From the NCBI RefSeq assembly GCF_001194135.2, contig NC_068985.1:112485443-112549442 (forward strand): a stretch of DNA of 64,000 nt, given 5' to 3'. This DNA comes from Octopus bimaculoides. Its lineage: Eukaryota. Position numbers and translations under genes: made by a program. The notes beneath the pieces are model-generated. The model worked only from the letters and a program-made list of their open reading frames with translations. It did no database searches and had not been told where the DNA came from. Positions within the stretch are counted from its first letter, which is position 1, and each line of letters begins with the position of its first letter. Positions 13,081-25,159 of the stretch are shown here, piece after piece.

Positions 13081-14165
13081 CATTATTATTATTGTTATTG
13101 TATAAAAGAAGTCAACNNNNNNNNNNNNNNNNNNNNNNNNNNNNNNNNNNNNNNNNNNNNNNNNNNNNNNNNNNNNNNNNNNNNNNNNNNNNNNNNNNNN
13201 NNNNNNNNNNNNNNNNNNNNNNNNNNNNNNNNNNNNNNNNNNNNNNNNNNNNNNNNNNNNNNNNNNNNNNNNNNNNNNNNNNNNNNNNNNNNNNNNNNNN
13301 NNNNNNNNNNNNNNNNNNNNNNNNNNNNNNNNNNNNNNNNNNNNNNNNNNNNNNNNNNNNNNNNNNNNNNNNNNNNNNNNNNNNNNNNNNNNNNNNNNNN
13401 NNNNNNNNNNNNNNNNNNNNNNNNNNNNNNNNNNNNNNNNNNNNNNNNNNNNNNNNNNNNNNNNNNNNNNNNNNNNNNNNNNNNNNNNNNNNNNNNNNNN
13501 NNNNNNNNNNNNNNNNNNNNNNNNNNNNNNNNNNNNNNNNNNNNNNNNNNNNNNNNNNNNNNNNNNNNNNNNNNNNNNNNNNNNNNNNNNNNNNNNNNNN
13601 NNNNNNNNNNNNNNNNNNNNNNNNNNNNNNNNNNNNNNNNNNNNNNNNNNNNNNNNNNNNNNNNNNNNNNNNNNNNNNNNNNNNNNNNNNNNNNNNNNNN
13701 NNNNNNNNNNNNNNNNNNNNNNNNNNNNNNNNNNNNNNNNNNNNNNNNNNNNNNNNNNNNNNNNNNNNNNNNNNNNNNNNNNNNNNNNNNNNNNNNNNNN
13801 NNNNNNNNNNNNNNNNNNNNNNNNNNNNNNNNNNNNNNNNNNNNNNNNNNNNNNNNNNNNNNNNNNNNNNNNNNNNNNNNNNNNNNNNNNNNNNNNNNNN
13901 NNNNNNNNNNNNNNNNNNNNNNNNNNNNNNNNNNNNNNNNNNNNNNNNNNNNNNNNNNNNNNNNNNNNNNNNNNNNNNNNNNNNNNNNNNNNNNNNNNNN
14001 NNNNNNNNNNNNNNNNNNNNNNNNNNNNNNNNNNNNNNNNNNNNNNNNNNNNNNNNNNNNNNNNNNNNNNNNNNNNNNNNNNNNNNNNNNNNNNNNNNNN
14101 NNNNNNNNNNNACAGGTAAAAACGAAGATGTTTCAAATCATTTCAGTTGTCTCTCATCATCATCA

Positions 14166-14196
<31 letters not shown>

Positions 14197-14199
14197 GGC

Positions 14200-14395
14200 G
14201 ATGTGGTGGCAGAATCATTAGCGCACCGCACGAAGTGCTTAGGCTGTATTTCGCCCGCCGCTACGTTCTGAGTACAAATTCCGCCGAGGTGACTTTACCT
14301 TTCATCCTTTCGGGGTCGATAAAATAAGTATCGGTTGAACACTGGGGTCAATGTAATAGACTCCCCCATCTCTCTCAAAACAGCTGCCCTTGTGG

Positions 14396-14432
<37 letters not shown>

Positions 14433-15120
14433 GATAATATTAGGATTGCTATGACATTATTATTATTAAGGTGGCGAGCTGGCAGAATCGTTAGCACGCC
14501 GGGAAAAATGCTTAGTGGCAGGCATTTCGTCCGTCTTTACGTTGTGAGTTCAAATTCCGCCAAAGTCGATTTTACGTTTCATCTTTTAGGAGTGGATTTA
14601 AATAAGTACCAGTTACGCACTAGTTGACTTAATCTCTTCCCCTAAATTTGAGGTCTCGTGTTTCCAGATTAAAAAAGAAAGCATTATTATTATTATTAGG
14701 GAGCTGGCAGAATCGTTAGCAAGCCGAGCAAAATGCTTATAAGGCATTTCGTCCGTCTTTACGTTCTGAATTCAAATTCCGCCGAGGTCGATTTTGCCTT
14801 CATCCTTTCGGAGTCAATTAAATAAGTACCTACACACTGGGATCGATGTAATCGGTTTAATCCCTTCCCCCAAATTCTAGGCCTTGTGCCTACAGTAGAA
14901 AAGATTATTATTATTATTATTATGATTATTATTATTATTATTAGAACGGTGAGCTGGTAGAATCGTCAGACAAAATGCTTAGCGACATTTTTTCTGCCTT
15001 TTACGTTCTGACTTCAAATTCCGTCGAAGTCTCTAAATAAGTACCAGTTGAGTACAAAGGTCCTTGTCATCAGCTAGCCTCTCCCCGCAAAATTTCCTAA
15101 TAGAAGAAAGAATCATCATC
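14200..15120 (+). mobile_element. Head-to-tail array of four SINE-B copies linked by (ATT)n
   Basis: Heads at about 14200, 14470, 14700 and 14945, each preceded by (ATT)n. Confidence 0.9.
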
Positions 15121-15284
15121 ATCATCAGAAACATACTAATTAGATTGTATTTCCTTTTATACGTTATTCTTAAATCTATTTTCTAGGTTTAATTTAGTCT
15201 TCTCAAATGTGTCAGTATTTAACGTTTTGGGGGCGTCTTTGTCATAGAGCTTTGAACAACAAAGCTACGTGAGTCAGCTCTTAC

Positions 15285-15310
15285 CTGAACCAAATCTCAC
15301 CAAGTTCTTG
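15285..15310 (-). CDS. Candidate 26-nt micro-exon (QELGEIWF or KNLVRFGS, depending on phase)
   Basis: Acceptor ctattctttacattgattgacag and strong donor CAG|GTAAGA, in a short unique island between SINE arrays. Confidence 0.25.
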
Positions 15311-15409
15311 CTGTCAATCAATGTAAAGAATAGATTACCACCACCACCACCACTACTACTACTACCACCATCATGACTTATTACGACACCATTGTTACAA
15401 CAACTAACA

Positions 15410-15980
15410 GAATGATAGGCAAAGTCGACCTTGGCAGAATTTGAACTCAGAACGTAAAGCCAAAAGAAATTCCGCTTAGCATTTCATCCGGTATGGTAAC
15501 GACTTTGCCAGCTCAGTGCATTTTAAATAATAATAATAATAATCTTTTTTTACTATAGGCAAAGGCCTGAGATTTTGGAGGAAGGGTCTAGTCGATGACA
15601 TTAATCCAGTGTTTCACTGGTATTTAATTTATCGACCCTGAAAGGATGACAGGCAAAGTCGACCTCGGCGGAATTTGAACTCAGAATGTAGCGACAGGCA
15701 AAATACCACTAAGCATTTCACCCGACGTGCTAACGATTCTACCGGCTCGCTGCCTTAATAATATGCCATTCAACTGTTGACACAAGGCCTGAAATTTTAG
15801 GGAATGGATTAAATCGATTACATCAACCCCAGTGCGTAACTGGTACTTAATTTAATTGACCCCGAAAGGATGAAAGGCAAAGTCGACCCCGGCGGAATAT
15901 GGACTCAGAACGTAGCGCGGGCGAGATACCGCGAAGCATTTCGTCCAGCGTGCTAACGATTCTGCCAGCTCGCTGCTAAT
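15410..15980 (-). mobile_element. Array of three SINE-B copies, inverted relative to 14200-15120
   Basis: Three reverse-complement family B cores (aaagtcgacctcggcggaatttgaactcagaa). Confidence 0.9.
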
Positions 15981-16081
15981 CTGAAAAGAACATCTGAAAA
16001 CCTTAGAAATATCCTACAATCTAGGTGTATTACAAACGTCGGCATTGCTTGGAACTGTATGCATATTGCGTAAAGTACTGT

Positions 16082-16640
16082 CTGGGATATTTTTTAAAAC
16101 GGGGGCCACATTTTTCATTAACGAAACACTTTGAAACTTGGGACACTGGTAGAATGTGTCATATAAAACATCTTTTTCTCTTAGTCTTCTTTAAAAAAAA
16201 AGAAATCCCTAAGTTATTCCATGTTAAAGTTGTCGTATTTCTGTAATTTCAACCAATCACTGACGTCCATTCAGCCGATATACATTAAGTGCCGACTACA
16301 TAAACAAACGATTCTGAAACAATTCTATCGGTGATAGGGTTAGGGTAAAACAGCAAATTTAAAAAGAAAAAGGCAAAACGAAGCTATGGAAATTAAATAC
16401 GCTTTACACCGCTTAATCAGCCAAAGGAGTAAATATAAACAACTGAATACTTGTCACTGATTGGTTGAAATTATCGAAATAAGACAATTTTTTACATGAA
16501 ATAAATTCGAATACAAAAATATTTTTCTGTTCTATAACACAAAATAGATAAGTATACGAAGTTTGAAAGTCTTTCGGTACCAAAAACACTACGTAAAACA
16601 TTAATGAAAAATGTGGCCCCCGTTTTAAAAAAGATCCCAG
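16082..16640. mobile_element. MITE with ~39-bp TIRs (probable TA target, Tc1/mariner type)
   Basis: Left ctgggatattttttaaaacgggggccacatttttcattaa and right ttaatgaaaaatgtggcccccgttttaaaaaagatcccag. An internal inverted pair lies at about 16246-16264 and 16452-16470. Confidence 0.85.
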
Positions 16641-17329
16641 TACTTATTTTCAAGTCTATTACCTATGTTTTCTCTCTTGCTGAATCGTCACGCTACAGAG
16701 AAATAAACAAACCAACGATTGTCAAGTGATGGTGATGGTGATGGTAACAATAACGCACGCGCACGAACACACACACACACACACGACGATGTTCAACGCA
16801 GTTTCCAAAACCACTCACAAAGCATAGGTCTGTCCAGGTCTACAGTAGACGACACTTGCCCAAGGTCCCGAACCCGAAACCACATGATTGCAAAGCGAGC
16901 GTCTTAACCACACAATTTTTTTTTTTTCTTTTTACGCCAGTGTGTACGAATGAACAAGATAAAAAGCTCATCAACTTCCTTCCGACTGCATTTCAACCCC
17001 CCTTTATGCGTTGTACGCCATCCCCAATCTAAGTAGATTTCGTGTTTATCAATGCAATTATTTTTTATCAGCACAATTTCCCCCCATAAATTTAGTGATA
17101 CAGATAGCTTGGACTGCTTTATTTCTTTATTTTTTTTATATCCTTTAAAGCACAATATTTATAAAACCCACCATTAAAACAAAAAGGAGGCATTTGCATC
17201 TGAGACATAAAACCTCGTTTAACAAGGTGCAGCCAAAAAAAAAAACAAACAAAAAACTGATGTACCGTTTTTGATAAATGTTTTAACTGTAAATATACAG
17301 CATACACCGGTCCCCCTCATGCTGGCAGC

Positions 17330-18100
17330 TGAACAAAACGAAACGGTAAATATCTAGCTATATGAAAACACCATTACCATCAACCTAACTTTACTGTCGT
17401 CACAACAATGGCCATAAAAAATATGGGAGGATTTTCTGCCACAAGTAGTATACCTGCGACCAAATGTTCCAGCTATAATCACTGTTTTTTAAAAAAATTT
17501 TATCTTTTTCCAGACATAGCATATCTAGGATTACATCATTCGATGCATATTTTATTTTTTTAAGACAGTAAGATATAGTTTGAGGGAGAGTTGACTTATT
17601 CAAGCAAGTTGAGTGACCAAGTAATGTGTTAGGTGACAAGAAAGTTTGTACTAAACTCAAATTTACCGTTCTTGATATACGTTTAAACAGCAAATGTACT
17701 GTAAGCACCGATTCAAACTACGATAGCAACTGAATGAAACAAAATCGGTAAAACACTAGCTAGAGGAAGGTAGAATTATCACTAGACTAGCTTCACTAGC
17801 ACCAAAGCAGTGGCAATATAAAATACGGGAGGTTTTTCTGCCGCACGCTGTAGAATCATGTTCCAACTGTAACTACAATGTCTATCTTTACTGTTTTTTT
17901 TATGGCTAAGTATACTTAGGATTACCTCATTCAATGCATCTTTCTTTTTTGTTTAAGACAGTAAATAGTCTGAGGGATATTTGACAGTTATTACAAGCAC
18001 GTTGAGTAACTAGATAAAGCTGTATTGGGTAAGAAGACAGTTGTGCTAAGTGCTTCACTTTCTCGAAATAGTCATATTTAAATAACAAGGTTAATGATTA
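17330..18100. repeat. Old tandem duplication of a ~400-bp unique unit
   Basis: aaatatgggaggattttctgccac (17419) vs aaatacgggaggtttttctgccgc (17821). Collinear blocks ggattac(a/c)tcattc(g/a)atgcat, taagacagtaa and tgaggga follow. Confidence 0.75.
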
Positions 18101-18628
18101 AAGAGAAAACAAATATGATTAGCTTCATTGAAAAGTTGTAAGAGAGACAAACAACAACGGCAACCATGTTTAGTGACCGAGATATTAAGAAAACGAAATC
18201 AAAGTCTGCAGTTATAATGAGACAAAGTAATAATTATCGAAGTAATTAAAAAACTTTGACTGCCGAGTTTGCCAAAATTAGCTGAAAAACCAACAACATT
18301 CATTAGAGCAGTTTTAAAAAATAAATAATAAACACTAGAATTGGTGCGGGAATGGTGTGGTCGTGGTTAACGATAAAACTTCATCATCATCGCCGTCAGT
18401 TTACCATGCTAGCATGGGTTCGGAAGGAATTTGTTGAGGCAAATTTTCTACGGTGGGAGGCCCCTCTCGTTGTCAACGCTCACCTTTTCAAATGAGGCAA
18501 TATTTCCCTATGATCAGACAGTTTCACGGAAAATTGGAAACGAATAGCACTGCTTGCATGACGGTGACACTTGTTTACATCTACAAGATGGCAAGACAAG
18601 ACATATATAGATAGATATNNNNNNNNNN

Positions 18629-18680
<52 letters not shown>

Positions 18681-19185
18681 CAAACACACAGCAGACTTCT
18701 TTTAGTTTCTGTCTACCAAATCTATTCAAATGGCTTTGACCGGTCCGGGACTACAGTAGAAGACACTTGCCCAAGGTGCCACACAGTGGAAACTGAATTC
18801 GAAACCTCCCTGTTGGGAAGCCTTGAGTTGACACATATTTTGTGAGAAAAAATGACTAAGTGTAATTTAGACGTAGAAGAACGAATATGGTACTTAATTT
18901 ATAAATTTGGCGGAGAGTATTTTCGTAAACCAGGAATTCATATTGTATGGTGTTTGCTAACCCTGTATTTGTCTCTATTGTTCATATATATGCCAATGGT
19001 CAATGAGTTAATTCTCTTTGCTGATTTTTGTTTAATTAATTTCGTATGTGGATAGCAACATCTGAATAATTCAGATGATAGCATCATCTGAATTAATTCT
19101 GTTTCCCTACACCCTGCACTAACAAAATACGAATGTACAATCTTGTACGTTATTTTGTGACCCTTTCATCACGACTCTGACTAAC

Positions 19186-19253
19186 CAAGTAACAAATCTT
19201 ATTCTGACAAGATCAGAATAAGATTGAAACATATCCTCCGGTGTTGTTCCATA
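19186..19253 (-). CDS. Candidate 68-nt exon (YGTTPEDMFQSYSDLVRIRFVT)
   Basis: Acceptor taatttcgtctttccaccaag and donor TG|GTTAGT; only one frame is open. It also contains a 13-bp hairpin, so it may be non-coding. Confidence 0.25.
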
Positions 19254-19554
19254 CTTGGTGGAAAGACGAAATTAATATTAGCTATTCACTGATATTGATT
19301 TTTTTATCGACCTATAATTATTTTTAGTTAGCTCATTAATGCATCATTTATTATATATGTTAATACTAAACCTAATTTTCAATTTCTAATTTCTTGTTTT
19401 TTTTTTAAAAATTCGATTTCTTTACCGATGGAAATATGAATTAGCTGGTATCAAACGGTGTCTTTCTTTTATAGTTTACAACCATTTTCTCTAGTGCAGT
19501 AGCTATTTTTGTATATAAATATGCCTGAGACAAGTTCGTGTAATTATTGGTATC

Positions 19555-20220
19555 ATTAAAGCGGTGAGCTGGAAAAAATCGTTAGAGCGTCGAAATGCTT
19601 AGCGGCATTTCTTCCGGCTCTTTACCTTCTGAGCTCAAACCCCACCGATGCCAAATTTATCTTTCATCCTTTATGGGTCGATAAAATAAGTACCAGGAAA
19701 AATCTGAGGTTGATGTTATCGACTAACCCCCTCCACTCAAAAATATCGGGCCTCGTGCCTATAGTAGAAAGAATTATTATTATTATCATTATTGTTATTA
19801 TTAAGACGGCGAGCTGGTGGTATTGGTTAGCACGCTGGACGAAATGCTTAACTGTATATTTCACCCGTCGCTACGTTCTGGGTCGAAATTCCGCCGAGGT
19901 CGACTTTGCCTTTCATCTTTTCGTGGTCGATAAATTAAGTAGCAGTGAAACACTGGGGTCGATGTAATCGACTAGTCCCCTTCCCCCAAATTCCAGGCCT
20001 TGTACCTTTAGTAGAAAGGATTATTACTATACGAGCTGGATGAATTCTTAGTATGACGGACAGAGTTCCTATTTCACCGAGGTCGATTTTGCTTTCATCC
20101 CCTCGCGGGCGATGAAACAGGTACCAGTTGAACACTGGCGTTGATGAAATCGACTAACAACTCCTCTTGCCAAAATTTCAGACCTTCTACTCGCAGAAAA
20201 GATTATTATTATTATTATTA
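19555..20220 (+). mobile_element. Array of three SINE-B copies linked by (ATT)n
   Basis: Repeated family B cores with gaaag(a/g)attattatt tails. Confidence 0.85.
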
Positions 20221-20221
20221 T

Positions 20222-21035
20222 TGAGAGAGCAGCACACGCCATAAAAGTGATGCTGGGATACAAATATACGATGTCCGATATACCCACCATGACTACCAGT
20301 TTCATGCATCACAACCATATGTGCGCGACGTGGTGACCTCATATCACGATAAGCAGCGCACGACCCAGCAAGTGAGGGTCAGAATTTTCTTCAGGTGGAG
20401 TAGCCCATTCCACTCAAAAGGTCTCTGAGTACGGGTTAAGGATGATGAACGAAACACTCATGTTTCCAGAGATGAATTACTCAAACTTTGAAGAATCCCT
20501 CCCAATACTATTTTAGGAACGTGGTTATACACCATTAGGTGTACACCTGCTTTCCTATATTAAATTCGGAATAAACGGAACGCAGAACTCCGAACTATCA
20601 ACACAACAATATTTATTTGTGGAGGAAAATAGGCAGCTTTAATCTTGGTTGCTGAGACGCCTTCTGTGAGAGAGCATGGTTGCTGAGACGTTGGAATGTT
20701 GATGTGAGCTGTCCCCAGAGTTGGAAAGCTGGAGAGACAGCTTGTCACGTCCATGCTCATGGCCGCTCGGCCGAGAAAGAGAATGAAAAAAGCGGGAACG
20801 CTTAGATGTTGAACTCCACGCATGCGCATGAGATACGGCGTTACTACACTATGATGCTCTCCCACTACTACTATTACTAGTGATCAAAGACGAATATATC
20901 GTCAGCCCCTAAGGGACATGCTCAACTGGTTACGGTCAAGCAACTGACAAGCAAAACTATTGAGTGGAATATTTGCTGTGGCCCATCTTTTATACCAAGA
21001 CAAAACATGTACATGATAACACTTCCAATCAGTTA
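20222..21035 (+). mobile_element. Repeat family E, interrupted at about 20512-20848
   Basis: Collinear with 12225-13080 on both sides of the insert. Confidence 0.8.
20512..20848 (-). mobile_element. Possible solo LTR (about 337 bp)
   Basis: The minus strand begins TGTAGT and has an internal AATAAA and a direct repeat ggttgctgagacg. CTAT flanks both sides (20508-20511, 20849-20852). The 3' end is not the canonical CA. Confidence 0.4.
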
Positions 21036-21509
21036 AGTCTTGTAATGTTATATGAACTGGGTTTGACTGTAATTCAAGTCTTTTACCGTTCATGGAAAGG
21101 TTAATTTTATACAAAATCTAAAGAAATCTATTGTTGCCTTATTTTCTAATGCTGTAAAGTTTCTTAAAACTTGTGGCGTTTGACAAATATATTTTAGGAG
21201 AGGGGCTATAAGGTACATACCCTTACAACATTTTNNNNNNNNNNNNNNNNNNNNNNNNNNNNNNNNNNATTTTCTCTCACATCTAGACTACAGAGCAATG
21301 AGTTTTTTCAACCGTACAGACAAAAGCAAATAGAATCTCTAGGGTCTTACTTCAAAGTAGGAAAACTGGGGTGCACGGAGGGAAGGTGGGGGTCATCTCA
21401 GAAAGCTTAGAGAAGGTTTCAAGTCCCAGGGTAAAGGAACAACAAACCTGATGGCTGTGGACCAGTTAGATTTAAATGAATGATGATATAGCTAATGGCA
21501 CAGAGTTAG

Positions 21510-21735
21510 CTTAGCCTATAGCATTCATATTATTCTGTCAAATCTAATGCTTATTTATTCACATTGTTTTGAACTAATCGTGGCTTGTCTCATAGCTTCA
21601 AGATTTCAATGGCGTAATTATTTATTTTTAGCATGAGAGTGCAGAATAGGAGTGAGAAGCCAAATCTGACCGGTTTGGATTTAAAAGATTTAGCGCACTT
21701 GGGCCACATATGGTCAGTTTAAATGCTAAAGATTT
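21510..21735. mobile_element. piggyBac-like (TTAA) MITE; relatives at 32960-33165, 34900-35090, 45530-46100 (tandem), 51788-52010 and 52395-52600
   Basis: Family ends ttaaccctttagcatt ... aatgctaaag(g)gttaa, clearest at 51789 and 33140-33170, with a shared body. Confidence 0.7.
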
Positions 21736-22547
21736 AAACACACAACTACACCTTTCACCCATGTTATAATTCAACACTTCTACTCAAAATCTTTTAAGTT
21801 TCTTTACAGATATGTCAGTCACCATTTTGCAAAGGATGACAGAGGTAAACGTATAAATAGACATACAGTACAAGTTCCATACACAAAAAAAAATCCCTTG
21901 ATAGAATGCCAACAGAAGCTAAAAAGCACACAACTTATTTATACAGAGAAAATATTTTGACAGTAAGTTTACCTAAAGAACAAGTTTTCGTTCTATTCTT
22001 AGATAAAAAGTTACCTTAATAAACCTGCATTACAGCAAAATTGTTTACCCTAATGCCTGTCTATTAAATAATGGTTCATACACGGTGCTGCTGTTTCAAC
22101 ATTTTACAGCATTTGGCTATCGACTTTTTGTCCTTTTTAAGTAATAAAAAAAAATGTTATTCACAAACTTGTATCATCATTGTTATATATTATTATTATG
22201 CTAAAGGAAGGCAGCTGATTAAGTTTATTTAATTTTTTTATTTTATTTATTTGTTTTTGTGACAGACATATTGAATTTTCCCCCTCTCCTGGCTTAGGCA
22301 GTGAATTGCAAACACAGAGGAGAAGAAGAAGCATAGCTGTGTGGAAAGAAGCTTGCTTCCCAACTACATGGTTTCATGGTTTTGGGTTCAGTCCCACGGT
22401 GTGGATTCTTGGGCAAGTGTCTTTTCCTATAGCCCCGGGTTGACCCAAAACTTGCGAGTGGATTTGGTAGAAAGAAACCGATAGAAGCCTATCATGTATT
22501 GTGTGTTTCTTTGTGTTTGTTCCATACCACAACTTGACAGCCAGTAT

Positions 22548-22727
22548 AAATTAGCAGTCCAATAAATGGGTTCATCTCAGAAAGCTTAGAGAAGGTTTCA
22601 AATCCCAGGGTAAAGGAAAAACAAACCTGGTGGCTGTGGACCAGTTAGATTTAAATGAATGATGATATAGCAAATGACACAGAGTTAGCTTAGCCCTATA
22701 GCATTCAAATTAGCAGTCCAATAAATG
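22548..22727 (+). repeat. 138-bp copy of 21390-21527 inserted between 21-bp direct repeats
   Basis: aaattagcagtccaataaatg at 22548-22568 and 22707-22727. The insert differs from the source at only a few positions. Confidence 0.9.
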
Positions 22728-23594
22728 AGACTGATAGGATACGAGATTGTGGTTTCAATTCCTTGACCGGGTGGTGCGTTGTGTTCTTGAGCAAAACACT
22801 TCACCTCACGTTGCTCTACGATCACTTCGACACCTGACACGTGATACACAGTGCACTTGCTCACACAACGTCGATTTGATGGAGAGAGTGAGCTAATGTG
22901 TGACATAAACATTTGATCACTAGAAACAAATCATTTGTGCAGGTCGATCAGCAAAAAGCCTAATGCTCATACGTCGTCTGCGACGGGAGAGTTCGTCGTG
23001 TATATGTGTGTGTACACACACACACACACACATATATANNNNNNNNNNNNNNNNNNNNNNNNNNNNNNNNNNNNNNNNNNNNNNNNNNNNNNNNNNNNNN
23101 NNNNNNNNNNNNNNNNNNNNNNNNNNNNNNNNNNNNNNNNNNNNNNNNNNNNNNNNNNNNNNNNNNNNNNNNNNNNNNNNNNNNNNNNNNNNNNNNNNNN
23201 NNNNNNNNNNNNNNNNNNNNNNNNNNNNNNNNNNNNNNNNNNNNNNNNNNNNNNNNNNNNNNNNNNNNNNNNNNNNNNNNNNNNNNNNNNNNNNNNNNNN
23301 NNNNNNNNNNNNNNNNNNNNNNNNNNNNNNNNNNNNNNNNNNNNNNNNNNNNNNNNNNNNTGTGTGTGTGTGTGTGTGTGTGTGTGTGTCAAGGGGCTTT
23401 CAGTTTCTGTCTACCAAATGTTCTCGCAATATTTTCAATTGGCCTAGAACTATAGTAGTAGTAGGCACTTGCCCCAAGGTGCCATGCAATGGGAATGAAC
23501 CTAAAACTGATAATGGTTAAAAAAAAAATAAAACTTCTCGACTACACAGTTACACCTACACCATGGAACATCGGCAGTCTTGCCATTACTGTAC

Positions 23595-23645
23595 CTTCAA
23601 GCCGTGTCAGTTCAAACTCAGCGAGAAACCAGATCATATATAGAT
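23595..23645 (-). CDS. Candidate 51-nt exon (xLYMIWFLAEFELTRLE, phase 1-1)
   Basis: Acceptor ttgatttatattcccag and donor AAG|GTACAG; only one frame is open. Confidence 0.2.
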
Positions 23646-24012
23646 CTGGGAATATAAATCAATTGATAACGATCATCAGAGTTTGAACTGATTGGAACGT
23701 GATCTAGATATTAATATTGGAAATACAAAATTCTAACGATGGGGGTTAATAACCGGGAAATGTGAAATCTTAATTACATTGAATCTTGATCAATCTAATC
23801 TTAGACATGTAATCAACACAACAAATAACTTGCTCATTAGATGTTCTCACTTATTGAATAATAAAACATTTGTAGACGTTGTTGTTGTTGTGGTTGTTGG
23901 TATTGGAATGTTTCCGAATGTCACATAATTCGGCACCAAAGAGCAGAGTGAAAAACAATTTATAGAAGTGTTAAGTGTATATATGTGTGTGTATACACAC
24001 ATACATTATATT

Positions 24013-24047
<35 letters not shown>

Positions 24048-24796
24048 NNNNNNNNNNNNNNNNNNNNNNNNNNNNNNNNNNNNNNNNNNNNNNNNNNNNN
24101 NNNNNNNNNNNNNNNNNNNNNNNNNNNNNNNNNNNNNNNNNNNNNNNNNNNNNNNNNNNNNNNNNNNNNNNNNNNNNNNNNNNNNNNNNNNNNNNNNNNN
24201 NNNNNNNNNNNNNNNNNNNNNNNNNNNNNNNNNNNNNNNNNNNNNNNNNNNNNNNNNNNNNNNNNNNNNNNNNNNNNNNNNNNNNNNNNNNNNNNNNNNN
24301 NNNNNNNNNNNNNNNNNNNNNNNNNNNNNNNNNNNNNNNNNNNNNNNNNNNNNNNNNNNNNNNNNNNNNNNNNNNNNNNNNNNNNNNNNNNNNNNNNNNN
24401 NNNNNNNNNNNNNNNNNNNNNNNNNNNNNNNNNNNNNNNNNNNNNNNNNNNNNNNNNNNNNNNNNNNNNNNNNNNNNNNNNNNNNNNNNNNNNNNNNNNN
24501 NNNNNNNNNNNNNNNNNNNNNNNNNNNNNNNNNNNNNNNNNNNNNNNNNNNNNNNNNNNNNNNNNNNNNNNNNNNNNNNNNNNNNNNNNNNNNNNNNNNN
24601 NNNNNNNNNNNNNNNNNNNNNNNNNNNNNNNNNNNNNNNNNNNNNNNNNNNNNNNNNNNNNNNNNNNNNNNNNNNNNNNNNNNNNNNNNNNNNNNNNNNN
24701 NNNNNNNNNNNNNNNNNNNNNNNNNNNNNNNNNNNNNNNNNNNNNNNNNNNNNNNNNNNNNNNNNNNNNNNNNNNNNNNNNNNNNNNNNNNNNNNN

Positions 24797-24837
<41 letters not shown>

Positions 24838-25128
24838 AGGGAGACTTAAGATTAAATATCTGAAATCATACCATTGTTGTGATAGAAATCAACATCAAAT
24901 TGTGTAAGAAATCATCAATAAATAATCAGAATTTAAATTCTTCCAAATTGCAACCCATTTTCATTGTTTTAATGGCATTAATGACCACAACAGAGCATTT
25001 GAATAGAGACAATTTGAAAGAGAAAGCAACGAACGCACACTGTATTGAATTAATTCCATTAAACCATTCCAAAGATCAATCCCACGTGAGCTAAAGGAAG
25101 ATATATTACGTGTGTGTTTATGTATGTA

Positions 25129-25159
<31 letters not shown>

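Noticed and set aside
15285-15310. QELGEIWFS as the start of a synaptotagmin-type C2 domain
   Set aside because: No following exon with C2 strands was found; nine residues are not enough to assign a gene.
19186-19253. YGTTPEDMFQSYSDLVRIRFVT as a CUB-domain segment
   Set aside because: It lacks the Cys before the Gly and the Asp after FVT, and no other CUB exons were seen.
20560-20865. 101-aa ORF
   Set aside because: Lies in the LTR-like insert and has no recognisable domain.
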